Assembly (NCBI GenBank): GCA_023515795.1
Contig: JALGPX010000119.1
Location: forward strand, 1 to 37,146
Length of the DNA: 37,146 nucleotides
Direction of reading: 5' to 3'
DNA from: Amoeboaphelidium occidentale
Taxonomy: Eukaryota
Shown: one piece after another, positions 10,821 to 21,723 of the stretch
How positions within the stretch are numbered: position 1 is the stretch's first letter
Layout: the number at the start of each line of letters is the position of its first letter
Notes under the pieces: generated by a model
What the model was told of the DNA's origin: nothing
The model's input: the letters and a program-made list of their open reading frames with translations, nothing else
Databases searched by the model: none
Position numbers and translations under genes: made by a program

Positions 10821-10942
10821 GGGATAAAGTAATAGACGCTTGAGCCTCTTCCATTGTTTGTTTGTTACTCGCTCTTTCTCGCTCGCTTGCTCGCTCGCTG
10901 TTGTTTCAGCTTTCCGTTTGAGCATTTGTTTTACTCCCAAGA

Positions 10943-11411
10943 ATGACTATTGTTGACGATGAAGACGACTGGGAAAACCAGCAATACGAAAAGGCTAATG
11001 AGTACGCATCCTCTGAAAGCGCTGAAGAGGATGAGGAAGTTGGTGAAGAGTACAATGAAGACGATGAGGAGGAGGAGGACGACGACGACGGCGAAGATGA
11101 AGAAGACGACGATGACACTTACGAAAAAGACTTGAGGCAACAATACATCAAAAGAATTCATTATTCCAGTCGGTACTCTGATGAGCATTTTGAGTACAGA
11201 CATGTAATTCTACCAAAAGATTATTACGCCAATTATGTGCCCTCCTCAATGAAGAACAGGTAATTATTGCTTTTAAGTTGCGCTTACTTGAAGATTGTTG
11301 TCTGAGGATGAGTGGAGAAGTATCGGAATAACTCAGAGCCCTGGCTGGGTCCATTACGAATTGCACATGCCGGAACCGCACATTTTTCTATTTCGAAGGG
11401 ACAAGGAATAG
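10943..11411 (+). CDS. CKS1: Cyclin-dependent kinase regulatory subunit Cks1 with an acidic N-terminal extension (2 exons)
   Basis: [21 protein letters not shown]; intron 11260-11293; exon 2 reads [39 protein letters not shown]. Confidence 0.95.
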
Positions 11412-11447
11412 ACAGAAACTTTTATTTTAATTTTTCCGTAGTGTCAA

Positions 11448-12167
11448 ATGATTGCTTTCTGTGCATCTGCAAAATCATCATCGTTGCGCATTTGTCGTGC
11501 TAACGCGCTTCCACAATTGTTACGCGTCCAGAATCGTCTGTTCACTGCTCCTACGCGCCCTCTGTTCTCTTCATTGAAGACCCTGGGAAAAGCTGTTGAA
11601 GAAGAGATCAAATACGAGAAGGAGTACGAAGGATTTTCTGCAGATGTTCCTTCATCCGTAATGGAATTGCTTCCAAAAGATTTCAAGTTGGTTGATAAGA
11701 AGGAAAGAAACGATGTTCTATTGAAGTCTATGAAGGATAAATTGACTATTCAGTTCAGCATCATTCCAACTGAAAACAGCGGCGAAGACTTTGATCACGA
11801 AGGTGCAAACGAAGAAGATGAAGACATGGAAGATTCTGAAGTTATCCCAATGACTGTTGAATGTGTCCGTAACGGTGTCAAAATGTCCGCGTTCTGTTCC
11901 GTCTCTTATGAAGGAGATGTTGTTGTTAACGATGTCGAAGTATCGTCAGATGTTTCCATGAGTGACACTGCAGAGACTGAATACAAGAGAAGATATGACT
12001 ACAATCCAAAGTATTATCAATTGGATGAACAGCTTCAGGAATCTATCGAAGACTTCATTGATGAAAAAATCAAAGATGTCGGAGAGTTCATTGTTCAGTA
12101 CGCCGAATGGAAGGAGAATTCTGAGTACGTTTCATGGTTGGAGAAGTTGAAGGAGTTTTCAAAGTAA
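11448..12167 (+). CDS. MAM33: Mitochondrial acidic matrix glycoprotein (MAM33/C1QBP family)
   Basis: Arg/Ser-rich presequence, EEEIKYEKE, acidic body, YYQLDEQLQESI...YAEWKENSEYVSWLEKLKEF. Confidence 0.85.
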   Translation: MIAFCASAKSSSLRICRANALPQLLRVQNRLFTAPTRPLFSSLKTLGKAVEEEIKYEKEYEGFSADVPSSVMELLPKDFKLVDKKERNDVLLKSMKDKLTIQFSIIPTENSGEDFDHEGANEEDEDMEDSEVIPMTVECVRNGVKMSAFCSVSYEGDVVVNDVEVSSDVSMSDTAETEYKRRYDYNPKYYQLDEQLQESIEDFIDEKIKDVGEFIVQYAEWKENSEYVSWLEKLKEFSK

Positions 12168-12398
12168 GAAACATCAAAAGGTTTAATAAAGAGATGTCGG
12201 TTGCAACATTTTTACCAGGAAATCTTACGATTTGAGTGCAAAGAAAAGAGGAACTATTTAAATGGTCTTGGTTTAACAAATTATCAGCACGACACGTGAT
12301 GGTAAATCTAGTTTCATGCTGTTTACCCCTGACACTCCACGATTGGTGAGAAATTACAGTGCCCCTTAGGAATTTTCAGGTTCTAGTTCTTTTTCAGG

Positions 12399-13481
12399 AT
12401 GATAATGATTTTGGTTTATGCGCTCCTTTGTTTCATGCTCTGCTTTCGTGCCGCCTCTGCAGATTTTGATAAATGCGAGGTTCCAATGCTGGAAGCTAGT
12501 TTGAGTTTCACGCTAAAAGACTATACTAAAATGAACAATGAGTATAGAATTGACTATGAACAGGAACAGAAGGCTTTATTGGACGGTTATGGCGTGTGGA
12601 AGTTTGCAGTGATCCAAAATGAGATCTTTAATGAACGTAAAGTTGTGAGAATCAATATTTATTGCGTCAGAGGTTGCCCAGCGGAGCCAGTTGCCGTGCC
12701 TAGCAGAATCTATGCCACGATAAGACGCGAGAAAAAATTGATATTCAAATATTCTTATGAAACGTTAAAGCAAAAAACATGGTATCGCTGGAAAAATAAT
12801 TTAAAAGCGGGCTTTTTTTTTTATTATGACATGTTATCTAAAAGACCTTATGGAGAAAAAATTACAATCTCCTTCACAATGTTTGCTCCAAAGTCTGGTT
12901 TGCACTGCATGAAGGTTGATACAGATGAAGTACGAAAGCAAGTCGCGAATCAGTGTTTCAAGTCAATTCGAAACAATGAACCGCAAGTGACTCTAAAGTT
13001 TAGAGACAAGAACTTCACGATCTATCCGTCTATTCTTGAATCTCACAGTGCTTTTCTTAAAGAGATACTGGATATGCAACGTGGCAATGAGCAGGCTTTG
13101 GTGATCGATTTCAGTGATTATTCAAGCAATGTTGGCGAAATGATTCTGGAAATCCTTTGCAGCGGCGCTATACATGAAACAGCGCTAGAAATTCGCGCAC
13201 AACACGTTTCTGCGTTGATGAAAGTTTATGAATTGGGACACAAGTATCAAATGGATAATGTCATGCAGGCTGCAATCGAGGCATTCAAGGGTATTAGACC
13301 GCGCCCTACTGGCCCAGAGGTATTCGATTTCATGCAATTGCTAAGTAGTCAAAAATCTGAAATGGGTGATGAGTTTTTGGACAATGCCCTTCAAGTCGAA
13401 TTCAATCCAAACGTAGTACAGCAAAGTCAAAATAAGCCGCAAAGCAAACTGCGACAACTTTTTAATAAAATGCGAATTTAG
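12399..13481 (+). CDS. BTB/POZ-domain protein with an N-terminal signal peptide
   Basis: Hydrophobic N-terminus ending ASA. C-terminal half shows the BTB pattern VTLKFRDKNFTIYPSILESHSAFLK...VYELGHKYQMDNV. Confidence 0.65.
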   Translation: MIMILVYALLCFMLCFRAASADFDKCEVPMLEASLSFTLKDYTKMNNEYRIDYEQEQKALLDGYGVWKFAVIQNEIFNERKVVRINIYCVRGCPAEPVAVPSRIYATIRREKKLIFKYSYETLKQKTWYRWKNNLKAGFFFYYDMLSKRPYGEKITISFTMFAPKSGLHCMKVDTDEVRKQVANQCFKSIRNNEPQVTLKFRDKNFTIYPSILESHSAFLKEILDMQRGNEQALVIDFSDYSSNVGEMILEILCSGAIHETALEIRAQHVSALMKVYELGHKYQMDNVMQAAIEAFKGIRPRPTGPEVFDFMQLLSSQKSEMGDEFLDNALQVEFNPNVVQQSQNKPQSKLRQLFNKMRI

Positions 13482-13621
13482 TTTTTTATTCATCACATCA
13501 ATTTTCAGTGCCATTCAATATGCTTCTACTTGATTCTTGTGCGTGGCTTTGAAACCTAATGATTTTGGTGTCACTGAACGTATCCCTTCAGAAACTTAAT
13601 GAAAATTTCTTCTAAAGTGTG

Positions 13622-13704
13622 GGCTCAATAGCACAGTGGTAGTTGCGTAGCACTTGTAGAAACACGTCATGCTAAGGTCCCGAGTTCAACTCTCGGTTGG
13701 GCCT
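13622..13704 (+). tRNA. tRNA-Thr(UGU) with a 10-nt intron (13669-13678)
   Basis: Acceptor stem GGCTCAA/TTGGGCC; D loop AGTGGTA; anticodon stem TAGCA/TGCTA with CT-TGT-A; T arm CCGAG-TTCAACT-CTCGG; downstream T-run Pol III terminator. Confidence 0.92.
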
Positions 13705-13723
13705 ATCTTTTTGATTCTTACGA

Positions 13724-16700
13724 TCAACTTTTTTCAGAAGCATTTTCTTGTTCAACCTTAGACACCAATTGTTCGAAACGAGACTGTGCCAGACTGTAGT
13801 AGTACTTGAGGCCGCTCGGTAGAGCTTGCTTTTTACTGGAGCCATTTTGAACCGTTTCTAGAACTTTTTTGTCCATAGAAGTTCTCTCCAGTAAATCTTG
13901 ATAGTGGTATTGAAATCCTTCTTCTCGTTCTTGAATGAAATACTGAAAATTCTGTGATTTTGATAATTTGCAAAGGAACTTCCAGAAATGCTCCTTTTCT
14001 TTTAGCTGAAGCTTGCCGCTAGTTGAAGACTTGATTTGTTTTTCCCAGCAGGACTTTTGGTTGATTAGTATTGGATGCTTTGATGTGAATTTATCCGTGT
14101 CAAACTTAACTGTCAATTTCTGTTCTGTTTCATGTTTGCTCTTCTCGATGGGAGAAAGCTCGAAATCCATGAACTGACGGTATGGACCTAAGATACCGGT
14201 AAATAATCTAAGGAAGCATTTAAAAATTGCGACATTCCGGCTGCTCAACTGAGTATTAGACGGATCTACACTGCTTGCATGAAGTGAATCTAACAAACTA
14301 TTCTGAATGAAAAGCGGGAATAGTCCATTATCTTCCTCTTGTGAATCGTGCCGCAAAATCAAACCATGGTCCAAATCAAGTACGAATGCGTCTTCAACTG
14401 GAAGCGTTTCCGTATCATTACCGAGTTTTGAAGAAACTTTCACTGCTGCTGAAAAGGGTCGATTGTCTTTGGTAGATTTCGATTTCGGTCGGTTAGGCAC
14501 AGACAAGCTTCCGTCACTCTCTGAGATTTTGAATCCTGGAAGCACACGGACAGCTTCTTGTGGAACCATTCCAATAACATAAGGCGTAGGAGAACATACA
14601 AATTCAGTGAGCTTTCTCGGTAGTATTGGTATAATTGCATGTTGCCATTCCATTGGATAAATAAGCTCAATTGCAACATTGCAAGCATTACTAAGGCGAT
14701 GCAATGATTTGCTTACAAATATGATTTTTCTCTCATTTATAATAGCAGCAAGTAAACTGAACAGTATGTTTCTGGGTCCTTTCATAAAATCTTCTGCAGT
14801 CTTGAATCCCAACGCTGAAAAGAAATCTACGTAATTCGAATGTTCTAGTGAAACAAGATCCAATGGACGCTCTATAGAATATTCCTCCATTGCGTTTGGA
14901 TTCATTAAATCTCCCAAGCTTCTTCTCATATCGGACATTGTTCTAATCACCATCGTTTTGCCTGGTTTAGGAAATGGCTGTGCGATTACGGCCTTCATGA
15001 AAGCGTGCAAATGTGAGCTGCTACATCCCGATGTTTTCTTTTTGACAACTATATCGAGGATCTCATTAAACATAGAGAAACACCCAACTGGACTTATTAT
15101 GGACAAGACTTCCGGAAGCCTTTTCTTCTTTTTCACTTTGCGAGTAACAGGCAAACCTCTCTTGCTTCCACTCCCCTGGATTGTGGTCTCTTCTACTTCA
15201 CATTCGACTTCTCTTCCTGTGAAGATTCTTCTGCAATATCCAAACATTTTGGTTCGCTCGATATCTGTCAACATAAAGCTAAACGTCTCTCCGTTAAGGC
15301 TGTCTGATGGAAATCTGGAATCATCTTTGATATATTCTTCAATGGTTACTCTGCTGTGGTCGTCATATGAACTAGACCATTCCGGAAAACAAAACAAAGG
15401 TATGTTTCCAAAGAGTTCAGTTTCACTTGTTGAACTAGAGCCATTAGTTTTTCTTGAAGCAACGCTCTCTTTAGACTGAACTGAGTCCATAGAAAGAGCG
15501 TTCGAGGACGGAGGGAACTGATATGTGATTTTCGGAACCAAGTATGTTTTACCAGAGTCTTCATCTTTTTCTTCTACTATTGACACTATCACCATATTCT
15601 CAAAGAGCTTTGCAGGAGATAATAAGTTCATGTAATTCTGCTGTTTATCATTCTCTGGAGACAGCTGAATTCGGTAACTGCTCTTTCTCTTCTGTTTCGA
15701 CAGTGTATCATTCGAACTAGCACTTCTGGTATGAAGTGAATCTCTTTGATTACGAGACTTCTCCTTGCTATCTTGACCAGGTTCCAATTTCGAGACCAAA
15801 TTTTTTACACGTTCCTTTTGTACTCCATTTGGTTCATCGACTGAAGGTTGAGTAGAAGGAGCCGTTGACGGCCTATCTTCATGAACAAAGGGGCTGGCTG
15901 GGGAAGTTTTACTGTTGTCTAAATGAATATCAGAGAATGGCTTGAAATGCGTAAAGAGTAGCTGTTTCAATTTTGTCTTTGCGTTTGTAATTTCTCCTGC
16001 AATCGGCGATAATGTGTCGTGGAGATTAGTGTTAGAGTATGACCATGACCTATTAAGAACAGGCGACGAATTCATGGAGCTTTGTGAACTATTGGAGTGG
16101 AATAGTTTCTCAAACTTTGAAATCATGCTATCCATAAGGTTCGATTCTACACGGCGTTTCTCTAGTTCTGCCACAACTTCGTCAGCCTTTTCATTTTGAG
16201 CTAGACTGTTCCCGATATCCTGCTTGAATATCACTGTTCCATTCTCCGGCAATGTGATATCGCTTGTACGAAAATCTGTATGCTTTGAAGTTCCTCGAGA
16301 ATAGAATCTGTGATGCAGAGGTTTCAGACCAGAACTTTTACCAGACTTCCCACTCTTCTTGTCTTTATCATACAAAATAACACATTCATCACCTGATTTA
16401 GTCGTTAGAAATGTTGTCAGCGCACTTCCGCTTGATTTAGCGATTATCGGATTTGATGCTGAGTTAGCTCTTGAATGCGCTGGACTTTTCGTTATGCTGA
16501 TATTGTTATTCCCCTGTATCAACTCAAGAGCACTTCGACTCTGCCTCAGAATCTGACCATCGTGATCATAAACTCTAATTGGCTTTGCGTCTGGGGACGT
16601 TTCAGCTTCATTGCTATCAGATCTTGATGATTCCGTGACAACACTATTAGCGGGCGCACTCCTAATACGATAAAGTTTAGCTTTCTTGCTGGATGGCCCA

Positions 16701-16771
16701 GATGACGATAGTACTGAGCGTCTTGTAGGTGGAGGCTGTAACAGATCCAACTTACTCCTCTTTTCCTGCAT
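13724..16771 (-). CDS. DENN-domain Rab GEF (DENND2/ST5-like)
   Basis: IPLFCFP, FSFMLTDIERTKMFGYCRR, ERKIIFVSKSLHRLSNAC, WQHAIIPILP, CSPTPYVIG, SQNFQYFIQER; long disordered N-terminus. Confidence 0.88.
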   Translation of the reverse strand: MQEKRSKLDLLQPPPTRRSVLSSSGPSSKKAKLYRIRSAPANSVVTESSRSDSNEAETSPDAKPIRVYDHDGQILRQSRSALELIQGNNNISITKSPAHSRANSASNPIIAKSSGSALTTFLTTKSGDECVILYDKDKKSGKSGKSSGLKPLHHRFYSRGTSKHTDFRTSDITLPENGTVIFKQDIGNSLAQNEKADEVVAELEKRRVESNLMDSMISKFEKLFHSNSSQSSMNSSPVLNRSWSYSNTNLHDTLSPIAGEITNAKTKLKQLLFTHFKPFSDIHLDNSKTSPASPFVHEDRPSTAPSTQPSVDEPNGVQKERVKNLVSKLEPGQDSKEKSRNQRDSLHTRSASSNDTLSKQKRKSSYRIQLSPENDKQQNYMNLLSPAKLFENMVIVSIVEEKDEDSGKTYLVPKITYQFPPSSNALSMDSVQSKESVASRKTNGSSSTSETELFGNIPLFCFPEWSSSYDDHSRVTIEEYIKDDSRFPSDSLNGETFSFMLTDIERTKMFGYCRRIFTGREVECEVEETTIQGSGSKRGLPVTRKVKKKKRLPEVLSIISPVGCFSMFNEILDIVVKKKTSGCSSSHLHAFMKAVIAQPFPKPGKTMVIRTMSDMRRSLGDLMNPNAMEEYSIERPLDLVSLEHSNYVDFFSALGFKTAEDFMKGPRNILFSLLAAIINERKIIFVSKSLHRLSNACNVAIELIYPMEWQHAIIPILPRKLTEFVCSPTPYVIGMVPQEAVRVLPGFKISESDGSLSVPNRPKSKSTKDNRPFSAAVKVSSKLGNDTETLPVEDAFVLDLDHGLILRHDSQEEDNGLFPLFIQNSLLDSLHASSVDPSNTQLSSRNVAIFKCFLRLFTGILGPYRQFMDFELSPIEKSKHETEQKLTVKFDTDKFTSKHPILINQKSCWEKQIKSSTSGKLQLKEKEHFWKFLCKLSKSQNFQYFIQEREEGFQYHYQDLLERTSMDKKVLETVQNGSSKKQALPSGLKYYYSLAQSRFEQLVSKVEQENASEKS

Positions 16772-16798
16772 GCTGCGGATTATGCGAAACTTAAAAAT

Positions 16799-17095
16799 CT
16801 ATTTCCCGATATCTTTGGTCTGCCCCAATGTATGCTGCATAATCATGTTCATGCGTTCGTTAAGCCTGTTGGACGAATTGGATGAAGCGCCATCAAGAGA
16901 CATCACAATCTGTTGATGCGTAGGCCTCATGCTTCCGGGCAACAGGTCGATGGATTCATTTTGAAGATCCCAGAATAATCCCTCACATATTTCAGGCGAA
17001 CTGTTTAAATTGCAGACTATTGCTGTCCTCGTATGTTTCTCATTTTCATCTTTGAGTTCGCTATGCTTTTGGTTATGAGTCGATGCTGCGTCCAT
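16799..17095 (-). CDS. Small hypothetical protein, or a 5' part of the DENN gene
   Basis: 98-aa ATG ORF filling the gap between the GH36 and DENN genes. No clear GT donor links it to DENN. Confidence 0.35.
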   Translation of the reverse strand: MDAASTHNQKHSELKDENEKHTRTAIVCNLNSSPEICEGLFWDLQNESIDLLPGSMRPTHQQIVMSLDGASSNSSNRLNERMNMIMQHTLGQTKDIGK

Positions 17096-17183
17096 TTTCT
17101 TCTAATCTTTTCAGTTTAATTTACACGCCGATTTTATTGTTAAGACAAAGGTATTATCTGAAATGAAAAGTTGTCTCGCTGTT

Positions 17184-19553
17184 TCAATCGATCTTTTTCA
17201 ACAAGAAAAGAGTTGCATCGGCGTCGTTGTTAAATTTGATGATAAGACCTCCGTTCATTAGCGTTGACCCGCTCAGTCTTCCGTACTCGTTAATATGATA
17301 GCCAGGCCATGGGTTGTTTCTATCAGTTTTGTACTGATCAACTACATAGACGCTGTTAGGATCCAAGCCTTTTAGTTTTAACCGCGGTGCCTTAACTCCA
17401 ACTTCGTAAAGACTATGCAGCACACAAAATACTACAGCCTCACTCTTGTTTTGTAAAACATGCATCCAACTGTAAAACACCGGAGCACTTATATCACTAA
17501 AAGTATCAAATATCGAAGTAAGCCTGAACATGTCTCCATTGATAACAAGCGGTGCAACTTTGTTCTTGTAAATTTCAATCATGTAATACAATGAGCTTCT
17601 TTCTTCATCGGATAGACTTTTTAGGTTTAATTCGTATCCCAGCATTCCGGCCATTGCGACAGTATGTCTTGTTGACCATGGAGTTGAACGATGAACTTGA
17701 TGATTCGGAACAGTTGAAACATGAGCAGATATAACCTGAGGAGGATAAACCAGCGACGTTCCCATTTGAATTGGAAGTCTTGATAAGGCATCTGTATTGT
17801 CGCTTGTCCATATCTGATGGCTGAAATACATTAATGACAAATCAAATCTTCCGCCACCACCTGAACAAGACTCAAATAAAACTTGTGGATACTTCGTTTT
17901 CATATGATTCAAAACATTGTAAAGACCCTGAACCCAACGGAACATAAGTTCGCCTTGTTCATCGGCTGCCAGTATTTCGTTATGATACTCGGTCAAGTAT
18001 CGATTGAAATCCCACTTGAGATAAGAAGCTTTAGACTCCTGAAGGGTATTATCCAGACATGATATGATGAATTCCTGAACTTCTTTCCTGGATAAATCAA
18101 GAATGTGCTGATGTCTTCCTTCAGTTTGAGGGCGGCCTTTCACATGGAGAGCCCAGTCAGGATATTTTCTGTACAAGTCAGAATCTCTGCTAATCATTTC
18201 TGGCTCCATCCATATTCCAAACTTGAAGCCTTCCTTGTGTATCTTCCCGCTTAAACCTTTCAAACCAGTAGGGAACTTTGAGAAATCAACAAGCCAGTCC
18301 CCTAACGAAGTGAAATCTGAGTTTCTTCCCTTGAACCAGCCATCATCCAAAACAATAAGATCTATACCAAGACCTTTTGCTGGGTAAACGAGATTGTTCA
18401 TAATGTTTTCTTCACTGACGTTGAAATACATGGCCTCCCAAGAGTTGATCAAGACAGGTCTCACCTGATTCTGATATGTCTCAGGTAAAACTCTCTTCTT
18501 GATAGAACGATGTAACGACCTTGTTAACGATCCTAGTCCATTCTTTGAAAAGACCATAATCGAAACAGGACTTGTCCATTCACTTCTGCTTTGGAGCTTC
18601 CATCGAAACTGTTCTGGATGAATACCCATCGTGACTCTCAATGTTTCTGTATGCGTAAGTTCGGCAGAAAACTTGAAACTAGATGGATACATCAGACCAA
18701 AAGCAAATACTTCTCCGGAATCTTCTGAAGGCTGCCCGTCGGTAATTATCACGAACGGATTAAATTGATGACTCGAAGTTCCTCGTCGAGATTCAATAAC
18801 CTTAACACCCGGATAAAGCTTTTCTTTAACAGGATGTCTTTCTCTGCCCCAAGATCCGGATAATTGAACAAAATGATAACCTGATGATGAAGTTGCAGGC
18901 GGTAAATCTGTTGAGACAGAGTTAGCTTCCTCGATGTAAACAACGCCAGTACTAGAAGGATTCCAGAAGGAAACAAAACGAGAAATCAGAGGTTCATCCT
19001 GGTAAATAACGAAGCATAAGAAAGCTTGTATGTGTCTTCCAACGTCAGGATCCTCCATGTGAACAATCAAAGTCTTTGTATCTCCCGCATTTCCTCTAAA
19101 GTGAGGAACAACACCTTTACGCAAGTAATCAGGCAAACCATCCAAAATCTCATGGCTCTTGTAGATAAAAGAGGTTGTGGTTGTACCATCAGAAGCAAAT
19201 GTCAAACGATACGATGGAATTCTTGCATCTCCTGAGCCATAATCGCTGAACTCAAATAATCGCGCATCTCTTCTGTTATCCGTACTAAAGGCCAATTCAT
19301 CCGAATCTCCAGCCAGATATGTCAAGTTGTCATGCTCCGAAATTCTTGAGCCAAAATGTAAATGCTCTAGTAAGCCATCCGAGGAAATTCTAAAAGCGTA
19401 ACTCAATCCTGAATTATACAAGTGAAATATTCCAATATCTTCTTTAAAAGTAACACCAAAATCTTGAGCCATGACTGTAGTCATTGCTAACGCGAAAAGT
19501 AACAGGAAGGAAGTGGCGCGCAGGCTCGGCTTTAGCGAGTCTAAAAATAGCAT
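17184..19553 (-). CDS. Secreted alpha-galactosidase, GH36
   Basis: Signal peptide; RPVLINSWEAMYF, LIVLDDGWF, FGIWMEPEM, YLKWDFNR (nucleophile), SCSGGGGRFD, WTSDNTDA (acid/base). Confidence 0.95.
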   Translation of the reverse strand: MLFLDSLKPSLRATSFLLLFALAMTTVMAQDFGVTFKEDIGIFHLYNSGLSYAFRISSDGLLEHLHFGSRISEHDNLTYLAGDSDELAFSTDNRRDARLFEFSDYGSGDARIPSYRLTFASDGTTTTSFIYKSHEILDGLPDYLRKGVVPHFRGNAGDTKTLIVHMEDPDVGRHIQAFLCFVIYQDEPLISRFVSFWNPSSTGVVYIEEANSVSTDLPPATSSSGYHFVQLSGSWGRERHPVKEKLYPGVKVIESRRGTSSHQFNPFVIITDGQPSEDSGEVFAFGLMYPSSFKFSAELTHTETLRVTMGIHPEQFRWKLQSRSEWTSPVSIMVFSKNGLGSLTRSLHRSIKKRVLPETYQNQVRPVLINSWEAMYFNVSEENIMNNLVYPAKGLGIDLIVLDDGWFKGRNSDFTSLGDWLVDFSKFPTGLKGLSGKIHKEGFKFGIWMEPEMISRDSDLYRKYPDWALHVKGRPQTEGRHQHILDLSRKEVQEFIISCLDNTLQESKASYLKWDFNRYLTEYHNEILAADEQGELMFRWVQGLYNVLNHMKTKYPQVLFESCSGGGGRFDLSLMYFSHQIWTSDNTDALSRLPIQMGTSLVYPPQVISAHVSTVPNHQVHRSTPWSTRHTVAMAGMLGYELNLKSLSDEERSSLYYMIEIYKNKVAPLVINGDMFRLTSIFDTFSDISAPVFYSWMHVLQNKSEAVVFCVLHSLYEVGVKAPRLKLKGLDPNSVYVVDQYKTDRNNPWPGYHINEYGRLSGSTLMNGGLIIKFNNDADATLFLLKKID

Positions 19554-19577
19554 TGAACTGTTTTGTCAAAAAACAGT

Positions 19578-21677
19578 ATGCCTTCTGTTGAAGAAACTCA
19601 AACCGTTTTGTCGCCGTTACCTGAACCTTCTAAGGAAGTTGGAAAGACGTCTCAGGCAGAATTGGAGTCCTCTGGTACTAAAACCGCGAAGAAACCGGCG
19701 CCCATTGAAACGATCACTATCGATACAAGTAAAGAAATATCTGCTACTGAAGATAAAAACGGCAATGGGCATTCAGCATCTGATTACAAGACACCTTTAT
19801 CGCCAAGAGAGTCTTTATCCTCTCCCAATGCAACAACACCTCGAAGCATCTTGAACATCTTCAGATCAAGAAAGTTGTCGCAAGTTACTGAGAAAAGTCC
19901 AGAGTCGCCTAAATCTGCTACCGAGACAAGGAAATCTCTAGATTCCACCAACTCAGATAAGTCTGCATTGGTTCGAGACAGTCCTGTTAGAGCTCAAGAG
20001 GTGCTAGACGTCTTGATATCATCATGTTTGGAGATGAGTCAATTATCAAGCAAACTCAAAGACACAGGAAGTATCGGAAGGAAACTAGAAGCTCTCAAGG
20101 ATCATTTCTCAGAAAGAAAAGAAAGCATGGAATCTCTTGAAACGCATCCCTACATTCAGAAGTGTTTATGGGAGTTTTACCGCGCCTCATCTCTCTTAAA
20201 TTCCAAGATCATCAAGTACAAGAAACCAAAGTTGCTGTTTAGAGACAACATGAAGAAGACACTTGAAAAGCTACTGCAGAATTCGCATGACGCTTGGCAG
20301 GAACTTCTGATCAATGTTTCTTTGGTGATTGCTGATCAAAGCAAATTGAGTGCTAATGAAGCGTATGGTAGTGTCAAAAAATGGTCACTAACACGAACAA
20401 TTGATCAAGAAGAAAAGGCTCCGGAATCTCATAATGATAGCCTATTAACGCAAGCTGATCGCTACTTGTTTGGTTACGGCGCGATAAAGTCAGCAGAAAA
20501 AGCCTTTGAAAAATACACAGAAGCTGCAAACTCTGGTAACGCTGAAGCTTGCAACATGCTTGGATCTTTGTATGAAAATGGTGTTGGAGTTTCTCGTGAT
20601 TTGAAGAAAGCTTTTGAATGGTATCAAAAAGCGAAATCAGAATATTGTGTAGAAGCCTTTAACAATATCGGAAGACTCTATGAAACTGGTCTAGGTGTAG
20701 AGAAAAACTACCAACTCGCGTTAGAATATTATCTGAAGGGTGCAGAGCTTCAGGATCCAGAGTCTCAAACAAATGCTGGCTTTATGTTTGAAAAAGGTCT
20801 CGGAACAGATAGTGATATAGTTAAAGCAGCAGGATTTTACAAGACTGCGTCAGATAAGCACAATTATGCGAGAGCACAAAATGCGCTGGGTGCATTGTAC
20901 TATCGTGGAGCCCCTGGTATTGACAAGGATCCTTATGAAGCCTTTCAATTGTTTAAGCGAGCAGCAGAACAGGGTAATTCACATGCTCTAAATAATTTAG
21001 GGATTTGTTATGAGGAAGGATCAGGTGTTTCAAAGAATTTACGTTTAGCAAAAGAATGCTATTATCAAGCGAGCGATATGTACCATGCATCGGCCACCAA
21101 TAATCTTGGATACCTGCATCTAATCGACCGCAAATATGATGATGCTGCGCGACTATTCCACTTGGCTTGCAGTCTTGGATGCACTGAGGCATACTTCAAC
21201 CTTGGTAACATGTATGAAGCTGGCGTTCTTCATCCAAAAGGATCATCAGATGATTACATGGCTTTCGACTATTACTTGAAAGCAGCAAAGAAGTCGTTCC
21301 GCAAAGCCCAAATTATGGTTTGCGAAATGTTATTAAGTGGAAACGGATGTGATGTTAACGAAAAAGAGGCATTCAGTTGGGCTCTTAAATGTGCTCAAGA
21401 ATCTCATAGCTCTGAAGCATTTCTCATGGTTGCGCAATTCTATGAGATTGGAGTTGGAGTTGATAAAGACACAGGTAAAGCGATCGAATGGTAATTTGTT
21501 ATTATAAATGCTAATTTAAGGTATGAAAAAGCGACAAGAACTGGTAATACTGATGCAATGGTGTCTCTAGCCAATATTTATGGACAGAATGACGAATTAG
21601 AAAAGGCCAAAGCTTTGTTGGAGAGAGCAGCAGACTTGGGTAGCGAAGAAGCACAAATGATAATTCAAAGCTTTTAA
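19578..21677 (+). CDS. Sel1-like repeat protein (2 exons)
   Basis: Multiple Sel1 repeats (e.g. ACNMLGSLYENGVGVSRDLKKAFEWY). Intron 21491-21520 extends it to WYEKATRTGNTDAMVSLANIY...QSF*. Confidence 0.9.
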
Positions 21678-21723
21678 CGGGAAAATTCAAAAACAGAAAC
21701 ATATTTATCTACCGGCATGCGCA

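Noticed and set aside
10906..11203. Antisense and overlapping short ORFs here and throughout the track
   Set aside because: They are shadows of real genes or of low-complexity repeats and carry no motifs.
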